Shown piece by piece: positions 1 to 9,742 of a stretch of DNA of 64,000 nucleotides. Position numbers and translations under genes: made by a program. How positions within the stretch are numbered: position 1 is the first letter of the stretch; every line of letters begins with the position of its first letter. Below the pieces are notes generated by a model. The model was not told where the DNA came from. It made no database searches and saw only the letters and a program-made list of their open reading frames with translations. The stretch spans positions 1,188,213 through 1,252,212 of the forward strand of contig CAVSGM010000001.1 in assembly GCA_963727485.1 (NCBI GenBank). Reading direction: 5' to 3'. This DNA is from an uncultured delta proteobacterium (GTDB lineage: Bacteria > Myxococcota > Myxococcia > SLRQ01).

Positions 1-1
1 C

Positions 2-559
2 CTCCAGAAGGTGAGCCCCGCCTGGAAGACCAAGGTCGGCTTCGGCAAGGCCGTCAGCTGGCCGGTGGGCGTCGGCGGCAAGGGCAACGAGGGCGTCGCG
101 TCGTTCGTGAGCCGCATCAAGGGCTCCATCGGCTACGTGGAGTACGCCTACGCCCTGCAGAACAAGATGACCCACGTGAAGCTGCGCAACCAGGCCGGCG
201 AGTTCGTCGACCCCACCGCCGCCGCCTTCCAGGCCGCCGCCGCCAACGCCGACTGGGCCCACGCCCCGGGCTACTACCTGGTCCTCACCGACCAGCCCGG
301 GAAGACCACCTGGCCCATCAGCGGCGCCTCGTTCATCCTCATGCATGCCAAGCAGACCAAGCCCGAGGTGGCCAAGGCCGTCCTCGACTTCTTCGCCTGG
401 AGCTACGCCCACGGTGGCGACCTGGCCGAGAAGCTCGACTACGTGCCGATCCCCCAGAACGTGGTGAAGCTGGTGGAGACCACCTGGTCGGAGAAGCTCA
501 TGGGCCCCGACGGCAAGACCGTGTACCCGCAGGCCGCCGCCGCCCCCGCGCCCAGGTAG
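2..559 (+). CDS. pstS: phosphate ABC transporter substrate-binding protein, 5'-truncated by window edge
   Basis: GKGNEGVA..., GSIGYVEYAYA, WPISGASFIL and LDYVPIP motifs; lies directly upstream of pstC. Confidence 0.95.
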   Translation, partial: LQKVSPAWKTKVGFGKAVSWPVGVGGKGNEGVASFVSRIKGSIGYVEYAYALQNKMTHVKLRNQAGEFVDPTAAAFQAAAANADWAHAPGYYLVLTDQPGKTTWPISGASFILMHAKQTKPEVAKAVLDFFAWSYAHGGDLAEKLDYVPIPQNVVKLVETTWSEKLMGPDGKTVYPQAAAAPAPR

Positions 560-586
560 CCAGAATCCACCGGCCGGCACCCTGCC

Positions 587-1615
587 ATGGCCGGTGAAGC
601 CCGAACCGGAGACCCACCCGCGATGGAGCAGCCGCTTCCCTCCGACGCCAACGCCCGCCTCGACACCGGCGCGGCGGCGTTTCGGGCGCGTCGGGTGGCG
701 GACGTGGTCTTCGAGTGGGTGACCCGGCTCTTCGCGCTGCTGGTCCTGCTCCTGGTCTTCGGGATCCTCGCCGCCCTCATCCAGGGGGCGCTGCCGACCA
801 TCCGCAAGTTCGGCCTGGGCTTCCTCACCAGCACCGCCTGGGACCCGGTCACCGACACCTACGGCGGCGCCGTGGCGATCTACGGCACGCTGGTGACCTC
901 GGCCATCGCCATGGTCATCGCCATCCCCGCGAGCTTCGGGATCGCCCTGTTCATCACCCAGCTCGCCCCCGCCTGGCTCAAGCGCCCGGTGGGCATCGCC
1001 GTCGAGCTCCTCGCCGCCATCCCCAGCATCATCTACGGCATGTGGGGTCTGTTCGTCTTCGCCCCCCTCTTCGCCGACCACCTCCAGCCCTGGCTCACCG
1101 ACCACTTCGGGAAGGTCCCGGTCCTGGGGCACCTCTTCCAGGGCCCGCCCATGGGCATCGGGATGTTCACCGCCGGCCTGATCCTGGCGATCATGGTCAT
1201 CCCCTTCGTCGCCTCGGTCATGCGCGACGTCTTCGAGATCGTCCCCCCGGTCCTCAAGGAGTCGGCGTTTGGCCTCGGCGCCACCACCTGGGAGGTGGTG
1301 TGGAAGGTGGTGCTGCCCTACACCAAGACCGGGGTCATCGGCGGGATCATGCTCGGCCTCGGCCGGGCCCTGGGCGAGACCATGGCGGTGACCTTCGTCA
1401 TCGGCAACGCCCACCGCATCTCCACCAGCCTCTTCATGCCGGGGAACACCATCTCCTCGACCCTGGCCAACGAGTTCACCGAGGCGGTGGGCAAGATGTA
1501 CACCTCGGCCCTCATCGAGCTCGGCCTCATCCTCTTCCTCATCACCTTCGTGGTGCTCGGCCTCGCCAAGCTCCTCCTCCTGCGCCTCCGGGCCCAGGAG
1601 GGCGCCGCGTCCTGA
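587..1615 (+). CDS. pstC: phosphate ABC transporter permease PstC (alternative start ATG 623)
   Basis: [15 protein letters not shown] and [13 protein letters not shown] motifs; multiple TM segments. Confidence 0.95.
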   Translation: MAGEARTGDPPAMEQPLPSDANARLDTGAAAFRARRVADVVFEWVTRLFALLVLLLVFGILAALIQGALPTIRKFGLGFLTSTAWDPVTDTYGGAVAIYGTLVTSAIAMVIAIPASFGIALFITQLAPAWLKRPVGIAVELLAAIPSIIYGMWGLFVFAPLFADHLQPWLTDHFGKVPVLGHLFQGPPMGIGMFTAGLILAIMVIPFVASVMRDVFEIVPPVLKESAFGLGATTWEVVWKVVLPYTKTGVIGGIMLGLGRALGETMAVTFVIGNAHRISTSLFMPGNTISSTLANEFTEAVGKMYTSALIELGLILFLITFVVLGLAKLLLLRLRAQEGAAS

Positions 1616-1632
1616 AGCCAGCGAGCGAACCC

Positions 1633-2475
1633 GTGGACATCTACACCCGGCGACGCATCGTCAACTACTTCAACCTGACCATGTCGGCGCTGTGCACCGT
1701 GTTCGGGTTGACGTGGCTGGTGTGGCTGCTGTGGACCCTGGTGAGCAAGGGCCTCCCCTGGGTGAGCCTCTCGATCTTCACCCAGGTGACCCCGCCCCCG
1801 GGCAGCGCCGGCGGCCTCGCCAACGCCATCGTCGGCAGCCTCCTGCTCACCGCGGTGGGCGTCGCCGTGGGCACGCCCATCGCCGTCCTCGCCGGCACCT
1901 ACCTCTCCGAGTACGGCCGCGGCTCCCGCTTCGCGTCGGTGGTGCGCTTCGTCAACGACGTGCTCCTCTCGGCGCCGTCGATCCTCATGGGCGTGTTCAT
2001 CTACGGCCTGGTGGTCGTGCGCCTGGGGCACTTCTCGGGCTGGGCCGGCGGCCTGGCCCTGGCGATCATCGTCATCCCCCTGGTGGTCCGCACCACCGAG
2101 GACATGATGCGGCTGGTCCCCGACTCCCTGCGCGAGGCGGCGGCGGCCCTGGGCGCCCCGCGGTGGCGGGTCATCACCGCCATCGTCTACCGCTCGGCCC
2201 GCGGCGGGATCCTCACCGGGATCCTCCTCGCCGTGGCCCGCATCTCCGGCGAGACCGCGCCCCTGCTCTTCACCGCCCTGAACAACCAGTTCTGGAGCAC
2301 CGACATGAGCCACGCGATGGCCAACCTGCCGGTGGTCATCTTCCAGTTCGCGATGAGCCCCTACGAGGACTGGCACCACCTCGCCTGGGCCGGGGCGCTG
2401 CTCATCACCGTCTCCATCCTCGTCCTCAACATCGTCGCCCGGGTCGCCTTCCGGTCCGGCGGGACGGAGCACTAG
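1633..2475 (+). CDS. pstA: phosphate ABC transporter permease PstA
   Basis: GTG start at 1633; [10 protein letters not shown] and [13 protein letters not shown] motifs. Confidence 0.93.
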   Translation: MDIYTRRRIVNYFNLTMSALCTVFGLTWLVWLLWTLVSKGLPWVSLSIFTQVTPPPGSAGGLANAIVGSLLLTAVGVAVGTPIAVLAGTYLSEYGRGSRFASVVRFVNDVLLSAPSILMGVFIYGLVVVRLGHFSGWAGGLALAIIVIPLVVRTTEDMMRLVPDSLREAAAALGAPRWRVITAIVYRSARGGILTGILLAVARISGETAPLLFTALNNQFWSTDMSHAMANLPVVIFQFAMSPYEDWHHLAWAGALLITVSILVLNIVARVAFRSGGTEH

Positions 2476-2479
2476 CACC

Positions 2480-3346
2480 ATGAGCCAGGAAGCCATCGAG
2501 ACCCAGGCCGACACCGCCTCGCCGGTCACCCCCGGGCCGCGGGCTCCCACCGTCGCCGACGCCGCCGCGGCCGCGGTCACCCTGGAGATCCCCGACGCCA
2601 AGGTGCAGATCAGCCACCTCGACTTCTTCTACGGGAAGTTCCAGGCGCTCCACGACATCTCCGTGGGCCTCGCCGAGAAGAAGGTCACCGCCTTCATCGG
2701 CCCCTCGGGCTGCGGCAAGTCCACCCTCCTGCGCACCCTCAACCGGATCTACGAGCTCTACCCGGACCAGCGCGCCTCGGGCGAGATCCGCCTCGACGGC
2801 GAGAACGTCCTCGACCGCAAGCAGGACCTCAACCGCCTCCGGGCCAAGGTGGGCATGGTGTTCCAGAAGCCCACGCCGTTCCCGATGTCGGTCTACGACA
2901 ACATCGCCTTCGGGGTGAAGCTCTACGAGAAGCTCTCCCGGGGCGAGATGGCCGACCGGGTGGAGTGGGCCCTGCGCAAGGCGGCGCTGTGGGAAGAGGT
3001 GAAGGACAAGCTCAAGCAGAGCGGCACCCGCCTCTCCGGCGGCCAGCAGCAGCGCCTCTGCATCGCCCGGGCGATCGCCATCCGCCCCGAGGTCCTCCTC
3101 CTCGACGAGCCCGCCTCGGCCCTGGACCCCATCTCCACCGCCCACATCGAGGGGCTCATCGACGAGCTGAAGAGCGACTACTCCATCGTCATCGTCACCC
3201 ACAGCATGCAGCAGGCGGCGCGGATCTCCGACTACACCGCGTTCCTCTACCTGGGGCGGCTGGTGGAGTTCGACGTGACCGAGAAGATCTTCACCAACCC
3301 GGCCCGGAAGGAGACCGAGGACTACATCACCGGCCGCTTCGGCTGA
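2480..3346 (+). CDS. pstB: phosphate ABC transporter ATPase PstB
   Basis: [42 protein letters not shown]. Confidence 0.97.
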   Translation: MSQEAIETQADTASPVTPGPRAPTVADAAAAAVTLEIPDAKVQISHLDFFYGKFQALHDISVGLAEKKVTAFIGPSGCGKSTLLRTLNRIYELYPDQRASGEIRLDGENVLDRKQDLNRLRAKVGMVFQKPTPFPMSVYDNIAFGVKLYEKLSRGEMADRVEWALRKAALWEEVKDKLKQSGTRLSGGQQQRLCIARAIAIRPEVLLLDEPASALDPISTAHIEGLIDELKSDYSIVIVTHSMQQAARISDYTAFLYLGRLVEFDVTEKIFTNPARKETEDYITGRFG

Positions 3347-3378
3347 GCGGCGGCGGGTGAGGTAGGATCCCGGCCACC

Positions 3379-4322
3379 ATGGGACGGTCCCAGCGCAGCC
3401 GCCTGGGCATTGCCCTGGGCGCCGGTGCCGCCCGGGGCTGGGCGCACATCGGGGTGCTCCGGGTCCTGGCGCGCGCCGGCCGGGAGCCGGCCTTCGTCGC
3501 CGGCACCTCCATCGGGGCCCTGGTGGGCGCCGCCTACGCCGCCGGTCGCCTCGACGCCCTGGAGGGGTGGGTTCGCGGCCTCCAGCGCCGGGACGTGGTC
3601 GCCCTCATGGACCTCGCCTTCTCCGGTGGGGTGATGAACGGCCACCGGCTCTTCGAGCTCTTCGCCGAGGAGGTCCCCGACCTCGACATCGCCGACCTCG
3701 AGCGCCCCTACGCCGCCGTGGCCACCGACCTCGAGACCGGCCGGGAGGTGTGGCTCACCCGAGGCTCCCTCCACGCGGCGGTCCGGGCGTCCATCGCCCT
3801 GCCGGGGCTGATCTCGCCCGTCCGCCACCAGGGGCGGTGGCTGGTGGACGGGGGGCTGGTGAACCCGGTGCCCGTGTCCGTGTGCCACGCCCTCGGCGCC
3901 GAGGAGGTCATCGCCGTGGACCTGCAGACGACCCTGCTGGGCCGGCGGCACGAGGACGCGCCCACCGGCAGCGAGGCCGAGGCCGACGCCGACGCCGACG
4001 CCGGCGCCGGCGCCGGCGCGAGCCCACCCTCTGGGACACGGTCCGCGAGAAGGCCCTCGAGCTCCGGGCCCGCCTCCAGAGCTCGGACGACGGCGACGAC
4101 GCCCCGTCCCTCTACGAGGTCATGGCCAGCAGCGTGAACATCATGCAGGTGCGCATCAGCCGCAGCCGCCTCGCCGGCGATCCCCCGGATCTCCTGGTCG
4201 CCCCCAAGCTCCCGGGCCTGGGCCTCATGGACTTCCACCTCGCCGCCGAGGCCATCGACGCCGGGGTGGCCGCCGCCGAGCGGGCGCTGGCCGCCGAGGC
4301 CGACGAGGCAGGCGGCGCGTAG
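3379..4322 (+). CDS. patatin-like phospholipase (RssA-like), one base missing near 3980-4020
   Basis: GAGAARG, GTSIG and DGG motifs in ORF 3379; C-terminal NIMQVRISRSRLAGDPPD lies in another frame ending at 4322; span = 3n+2. Confidence 0.85.
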
Positions 4323-4338
4323 CGCCCGGGCCCGCGCC

Positions 4339-5721
4339 TCACTTCACGCCGGGGTCCGGCTCCCGCACCCGCTCCAGGGCCACCACCGTCTCCACGTGGT
4401 AGGTCTGGGGGAAGAGGTCCACCGGCTGCACCGCGGTGATCTCGTACCCGTAGGGCGCCAGCTGCGCCAGGTCCGGCGCCAGGGTGGTGGGGTTGCACGA
4501 CACGTAGATCACCCGCTGGCTCCGGGACCGCCCGATGCGCCGCATCACCTTGCCGCCGGCGCCGGACCGGGGCGGGTCGAGGAGGAAGAGGTCCGGGGTG
4601 CCGATCTCGGGGAGCACCTTCGGCAGGGTGAGCCGGGCGTCGCCGGCGACGAAGGTGGCGTTTGCGATCCCGGCCCGGGCGGCGTTCTCCTTCGCCGCCT
4701 CGATGCTCGCCTCCACCGCCTCGATCCCCCAGACGTGGGCGACCTTCGGCGCCAGGAGCAGGGCGAAGGCCCCGACCCCGCAGTAGAGGTCCACCGCCCG
4801 GTCGCCGGCGGCCGGCCGGGCCAGGTCCAGGACCACCTCGGCGAGGCGGTCGGCCTGGTCGGTGTTGGTCTGGAAGAACGTGGGGAGGCGGATGGCGTAG
4901 GTGGTGCCGTGGAGCTGCTCGAAGATGTGGTCCCGGCCCTGGAGCACCTCGATCGACTCCACCATGACCGCGTCCGACTGCGCCGCGGTGCGGCCGTGGA
5001 CCACGCTGGCGATGCGCGGGTGGGCCGCGACGAGCTGCTCGGCCAGCGCCGCGAGCTCGGGGACCTCGCCGGGACCGGTGACCAGCCCCACCATCAGCTC
5101 CCCGGTGCGCTTCGCCTCGCGGAACACCAGGTGCCGCAGGAGCCCGGTGTGGGCCCGGGGATCCCACCGGGAGAGCCCGCGATCCAGGACGAAGGCCTTG
5201 ACCTCCCGGAGGATGGCGCTGGCCTCGGGATCGGGCAGGAGGCAGGCGTCGATCTCCACCACCCGGTCCCAGAACCCCCGGAGGTGGAGCCCGAGCACCG
5301 CCTCGGGGTGGAAGGCGAACTCCATCTTGTTGCGGTAGTGCAGGGTCTCGGCGGCGGGGACCAGGGGCCGGTAGGGCAGGGGGCCCAGCCCCCCGAGGCG
5401 CTCGAGGCTCTCCCGGACGATGGCCTCCTTGGCCCGGGCCTGCGCCGGGTAGGACAGGTGCTGCCAGGCGCAGCCCCCGCACCGCCCGAAGTAGGGGCAG
5501 GGCGGCTCGACCCGGTCGGGCCCCGCCTCGAGGAGCGTCTCGAGCTCGGCCTCGCAGAAGCGCCGGCGGGCCTTCTTCACCCGGGCCCGGACCCGGTCGC
5601 CGGGGGCGGTGAGGGGCACGAAGACCACGTAGCCGTCCACCCGGCCCACGCCCCGGCCGCCGTAGGCGAGGCGCTCGATGGTGACCTCGAGGATCTGGTC
5701 TCGCTGGGGTCGGTTTGCCAC
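4339..5721 (-). CDS. rlmD: 23S rRNA (uracil-5)-methyltransferase, TrmA/RlmD family
   Basis: TRAM N-terminus, CPYFGRCGGC Fe-S motif, FFQTN, DLYCGVG, DPPRSG, YVSCNP, DLFPQTYHVE; GTG start at 5721. Confidence 0.92.
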   Translation of the reverse strand: MANRPQRDQILEVTIERLAYGGRGVGRVDGYVVFVPLTAPGDRVRARVKKARRRFCEAELETLLEAGPDRVEPPCPYFGRCGGCAWQHLSYPAQARAKEAIVRESLERLGGLGPLPYRPLVPAAETLHYRNKMEFAFHPEAVLGLHLRGFWDRVVEIDACLLPDPEASAILREVKAFVLDRGLSRWDPRAHTGLLRHLVFREAKRTGELMVGLVTGPGEVPELAALAEQLVAAHPRIASVVHGRTAAQSDAVMVESIEVLQGRDHIFEQLHGTTYAIRLPTFFQTNTDQADRLAEVVLDLARPAAGDRAVDLYCGVGAFALLLAPKVAHVWGIEAVEASIEAAKENAARAGIANATFVAGDARLTLPKVLPEIGTPDLFLLDPPRSGAGGKVMRRIGRSRSQRVIYVSCNPTTLAPDLAQLAPYGYEITAVQPVDLFPQTYHVETVVALERVREPDPGVK

Positions 5722-5922
5722 GGGCCGTGGCGTTCTAGCACACCCGTCGCCTGCACACCCGCGACAGCCGTGACAGGGTGCGGCGAGGCGTTCACGTCCG
5801 GGTCGGCTCGTGACGGGGATCACCGGGCAGCCATCCAGGTTACTGTAATCACAGCCAAAAGACCTCATACCCTGACGTGGCCGTCGGGTCTTCCCCCGTG
5901 CGGTCCGTCACATTTGGGTGGC

Positions 5923-5938
5923 TGGCACCGCCCTCGCA
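5923..5938 (+). promoter_or_regulatory. putative sigma54 (-24/-12) promoter
   Basis: TGGCAC-CGCCC-TCGCA, one mismatch to TGGCAC-N5-TTGC, 55 nt upstream of a small ORF. Confidence 0.55.
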
Positions 5939-5992
5939 AGGTCTTCCAGGTGAAAGGCGCCCCGGCGCGCCCCCATCGCCAGGAGGTCCGAG

Positions 5993-6148
5993 ATGAAGAT
6001 GTACGTCGAGTGCGACCGCTGCCGTTACCGGTTCATCATGCGCTACGCCGCCCAGGGCGGCGGGCTGGTCCGGGTCCGCTGCCCCCAGTGCCGGGAGACC
6101 ATGGTCCTCCTGGTCCAAGATGAGGTGGCGGCGCGCGGTCGGTCGTGA
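5993..6148 (+). CDS. 51-aa zinc-ribbon protein (CxxC-x19-CxxC, MJ0042-finger-like)
   Basis: AGGAGG at 5981-5986; MKMYVECDRCRYRFIMRYAAQGGGLVRVRCPQCRETMVLLVQDEVAARGRS*; GC3-rich codons; absent from the ORF track. Confidence 0.8.
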   Translation: MKMYVECDRCRYRFIMRYAAQGGGLVRVRCPQCRETMVLLVQDEVAARGRS

Positions 6149-6236
6149 AATAACCCCCTCGGGCTCCCGCCCCCTACTCCCCGCGCCTGACCCGGCGCCC
6201 CGCCGGTCGAGCCTCGACCCCTCCCGGAGACCGCCC

Positions 6237-6917
6237 ATGCGACGCCCTCGCATCCCGTACCTGACCCTCGCCGCCACCGCCCTCCTCGGTGCCGCCGCCT
6301 GTGGCGGCAGCGACCCGGGCAGCGGCACCCAGACCCTCTACGTCCAGGCCCAGGCCGCCAGCGACGGCACCACCGGGGGCACCGTCCTCGGGGTCACCGT
6401 CCGCCAGGGCGACGCCAACGGCTCGGTCATCGACAACGCCACGGTCACCATCACCGCCGCCGACGGCACCCGCTACAGCCTGCCCTGGGTCGGCGCCTTC
6501 AAGATCGGCGGCTACACCAAGAGCAACCTCGCCTGGTCCCCGGCCTGGCACCTCCAGGTCGTCGACGGCGCCGATCAGCTCGAGGCCACCCTCAGCGCTC
6601 CGGGCGCCACGGTCATCACCAGCCCCAAGCCCGGGAGCACCTTCGACCGCAACGCCGGTAGGCCCCTCACCGTGGCCTGGCGCGACGACGCCGGGAAGGG
6701 CGCCATGGGCGTGGACATCCACCTCGCCAAGAGCGGCTACAGCCACAGCGTCACCGGCGACCCGGGGCACTACGACATCGATCCCGGCCGCCTCGACGCC
6801 CACGACAACGAGCAGCTCTCGGTGAGCCGCTGGACCCAGGTCCAGCTCGCCGGCGGGGCCGTGGGGTCGACCTTCAAGGCGACCACCACCGACCACATCT
6901 CCTTCACCATCCAGTAG
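6237..6917 (+). CDS. lipoprotein of unknown function (beta-rich)
   Basis: Signal peptide with lipobox LGAAAC; host-like codon usage; GGAG upstream. Confidence 0.8.
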   Translation: MRRPRIPYLTLAATALLGAAACGGSDPGSGTQTLYVQAQAASDGTTGGTVLGVTVRQGDANGSVIDNATVTITAADGTRYSLPWVGAFKIGGYTKSNLAWSPAWHLQVVDGADQLEATLSAPGATVITSPKPGSTFDRNAGRPLTVAWRDDAGKGAMGVDIHLAKSGYSHSVTGDPGHYDIDPGRLDAHDNEQLSVSRWTQVQLAGGAVGSTFKATTTDHISFTIQ

Positions 6918-6933
6918 GGCGCCGCTCGGCACC

Positions 6934-7509
6934 ATGCCCCTCCGCGGCCTCAACGCCCAGCCCTGGAAGCGCCGCGCCGGCGTCATCCTCGCCGTCCTGG
7001 TGGTCCTCACCGTCGCCGCCTGGGTCGGGGTGCGGCTCTGGCGCCCGCCGAGCCCCGCGGGCCCGGTCGCCCGGATCCGCGCCCTGGTCGACGCCGGGCA
7101 CACCGGCGCCGCCATCCCCGCCATCGAGACCTTCAGCCGGGCCCACCCCGAGCGCAAGGCGGACACCTTCTTCCTCGAGGGCTACACCGCCGCGGGCCAG
7201 GGCCACTGGACCCGGGCGGCGCGGCTCTACGAGCAGGCCATCGACGCCGACCCCAAGGCCTGGCGCGGGAACGCCACCATCCTCCGCCAGCTCCTGCCCC
7301 ACCTCGGGGACGACGACTGCATCACCCGCACCGCCGTCGCCGAGACCCTGGGCAAGCTCGGGGACGTGTCGGCCGCCGGACCGATGAGCGACGCCCTGGC
7401 CCGGGAGGCCGGCCGGCCGAAGGTGCCCCACGACGCCGAGCTGTGCCGCTTCAGCGAGGCGGCGAAGCGGGCCCTGAAGCGCCTGCATCCGGCGTCCCAC
7501 CGTCGGTAG
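6934..7509 (+). CDS. membrane-anchored TPR/HEAT-like helical protein
   Basis: N-terminal TM helix; AARLYEQAIDADP TPR-like and RTAVAETLGKLGD HEAT-like segments. Confidence 0.7.
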   Translation: MPLRGLNAQPWKRRAGVILAVLVVLTVAAWVGVRLWRPPSPAGPVARIRALVDAGHTGAAIPAIETFSRAHPERKADTFFLEGYTAAGQGHWTRAARLYEQAIDADPKAWRGNATILRQLLPHLGDDDCITRTAVAETLGKLGDVSAAGPMSDALAREAGRPKVPHDAELCRFSEAAKRALKRLHPASHRR

Positions 7510-8198
7510 CGGCCGGCGTCGGCGTCGGCGTCGGCGGGATCGGCGCCCCCTGGGCGACCACCACCGGCAGCCAGCTCCGGGCCCGCTTCTGGAGCTTCGT
7601 CCCCCGGCGGACCAGGTTCACCAGCTTGTCGGGGACCTGAAGCTTCTCCCGGTGCCCGTCGGGGCCGGCGACGACCATCACGGTCCGCTGGCGCCGCTCC
7701 CCGCTCATGGCGCCGCCGTGGGTCGGGAGCCGCCGGACCTTCACCTCGACCACCGTCCCGGTCCAGGTCGACATGTAGCGGTGGTACCAGGCGGGCAGGG
7801 CGTTGGCGGGCTGGCGCGCCGGATCCTCGATGTGCGCCTCGTCGATGAGCTGGGCCTGCGAGAATCTCCACCGGGTTCCAGGTCATCGAGCGCTTGCGCA
7901 GGTAGTCGCCGGGCTTCAGCTCGCCGGCGAGGTCCCCGGGCACCGGCCGGCGCACCACCTGGCTGTCGGCCATGAGCACCTGGACCTTGCCGCCCTCCGG
8001 CACCGCGACCACCACCGCCTGGTAGGCCTCGAGGTAGCGGTTGACCACCGGGGCCACCAGGATCCCGAAGACGGCCACGACCAGGAGCAGGAGGTAGAAG
8101 TGGCCGAGGTCGCGCTTGAAGCCCCGGGCCTCCCGGGCGATCTCGCGGTCCTCGTCGGCGCCGTCGGCGCGGGGGGTCTCGAGGTCGTCGGGAGCCAT
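7451..8198 (-). CDS. membrane-anchored hypothetical protein with internal duplication; one extra base at about 7863
   Basis: TM helix, then two similar modules ending LKPGDYLRKRSMTWNPV and VRRGTKLQKRARSWLPV; frames join if GAATC at 7862-7866 is read as GATC. Confidence 0.7.
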
Positions 8199-8254
8199 GG
8201 GCGGCCACCCTACACCATTGTGGCGCCCCGGACCTCGTGGGATACCCTGCCCCC

Positions 8255-9742
8255 ATGCGCCTCCGCGTCCTCGTCCTCTGGGCCCTGGTCCTCGCCGGCT
8301 GCGCCACCGCCCCGTCGCCCCCGGTCGGCACCGCGAAGGCCGCCGGTCCCGACCTGCGCATCGACGTCATGGACCAGCTCATGGCGGAGATCGCCGCGGC
8401 CAGGGCCGACGGCTCCCTGCCCCAGCTCCAGGCCGCCCTCGACGCCCGGGCCAAGAGCCTCGATCCCTGGGCGGTGGACCAGGCGGCCTTCGCCCAGGTC
8501 GAGACCGACCCCGAGACCGCCTGGAACCGCTTCCACCAGGTGGTCGTCGCCACCGCCGACCAGGGCGGCGCCGCCTTCTGGGCCCACCTGGGGACGGCGG
8601 CGGTCTACCTGAAGTGGGGCGTCCTCGACCAGGCCAAGGGCGCCATCGACGCGGCCCTGGCGGTGGCGCCAAAGGCGGCGCCGGCCCTCACCTGGGAGGG
8701 GCGCCTGGCCCTCCGGCGCAAGCAGCCGGACGCCGCCCGGAAGGCCTTCTCCGCCGCCGTCGACGCCGCCGGCGGCGCGGCCCACGCCCCGGAGGCGGCG
8801 GTGGCCCTCGCCCGCCTCGAGCTCGACGCCGGCCAGGTGGACGCCGCCGGGAAGCTCGCCGCCGAGGTGGTCGCCGCCCACCCCGACGACGCCGGGGCCC
8901 TGGCGGTGGAGGCCGAGGTCGCCGGCCGGGGCCAGGGCGGGGCCAAGGCCGCCGCGGCCCTCCTCACCAAGGCGGTGCAGGCGTCCCCCAAGAGCGTCGA
9001 CCTCAAGGTCCGCCTGGCCCGGGCCCAGGCCAAGGCCGGGGAGGAGCAGGCGGCCCTGGCCACCTGGCAGCAGGTCGCCGCCGCCCGCCCCGCGGACCTC
9101 GCCACCTGGCGCCAGGTCGCCACCACCGCCAAGACCGTGGGCGACGCCGGGGCCGAGACCGCCGCCCTCCAGAAGGTCACCGCGCTGGCGCCCAAGGACA
9201 CCGCCGCCCTCACGCGCCTCGCCGACCTCCAACGCGCCGCCGGTGACAACGCCGCCGCCGAGGCCGCCCTCACCCGGCTCCTCCAGGCCGACCCCAAGGA
9301 CGGCGCCGCCCGCCTCGAGCGGGGGCGGGTCCGGGAGGCCGAGGGGAACCTCCGGGAGGCCCTCGCCGACGACCGCCAGGCGAAGGCCGCCGGGATCGCG
9401 GGCGCCGCCGACGCCGTGACCGCCCTCGAGAAGCGCATCGGCCTGCCGGACCGGCCCCTCGCCGGCGGGAGCCCCAAGACCCTCTACCGGCGCATCGCCG
9501 GGATCCTCGCCGGCGCCTTCAAGACGCGCCTGGCGACCGTGCCCAGCCTCGGCGGCACCTACTCCCTGAAGATCTGGGTGGAGAAGGGCCGGGTGGTCGA
9601 GGAGGCGGTCGTCGAGAACACCCTCCACGACCCCGTCCTCGAGGCCCTGGCCTGGTGGATGGTCCAGGACGCCCACTTCCCGATCGCCAAGGGGAAGAGC
9701 GAGTACACGCTCCCCTTCACCTTCGCGGCCCCGAACCAGTGA
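8255..9742 (+). CDS. TPR-repeat lipoprotein with C-terminal TonB-C/AgmX-PglI-like domain
   Basis: Lipobox LAGC; many TPR-like repeats; C-terminus PSLGGTYSLKIWVEKGRVVEEAVVENTLHDPVLE...YTLPFTF. Confidence 0.75.
   Translation: MRLRVLVLWALVLAGCATAPSPPVGTAKAAGPDLRIDVMDQLMAEIAAARADGSLPQLQAALDARAKSLDPWAVDQAAFAQVETDPETAWNRFHQVVVATADQGGAAFWAHLGTAAVYLKWGVLDQAKGAIDAALAVAPKAAPALTWEGRLALRRKQPDAARKAFSAAVDAAGGAAHAPEAAVALARLELDAGQVDAAGKLAAEVVAAHPDDAGALAVEAEVAGRGQGGAKAAAALLTKAVQASPKSVDLKVRLARAQAKAGEEQAALATWQQVAAARPADLATWRQVATTAKTVGDAGAETAALQKVTALAPKDTAALTRLADLQRAAGDNAAAEAALTRLLQADPKDGAARLERGRVREAEGNLREALADDRQAKAAGIAGAADAVTALEKRIGLPDRPLAGGSPKTLYRRIAGILAGAFKTRLATVPSLGGTYSLKIWVEKGRVVEEAVVENTLHDPVLEALAWWMVQDAHFPIAKGKSEYTLPFTFAAPNQ

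Noticed and set aside
3980..4022. Programmed ribosomal frameshifting as the cause of the split genes
   Set aside because: No slippery heptamers or stimulators seen; both +1 and -1 indels occur in unrelated families, which fits assembly error.
5820..5960. Possible c-di-GMP (GEMM) riboswitch or other ncRNA in the rlmD-upstream gap
   Set aside because: No GGCAAAC/GAAA-tetraloop/GCAAAG architecture is visible; a sigma54 promoter region explains the gap better. An Infernal/Rfam scan would settle it.
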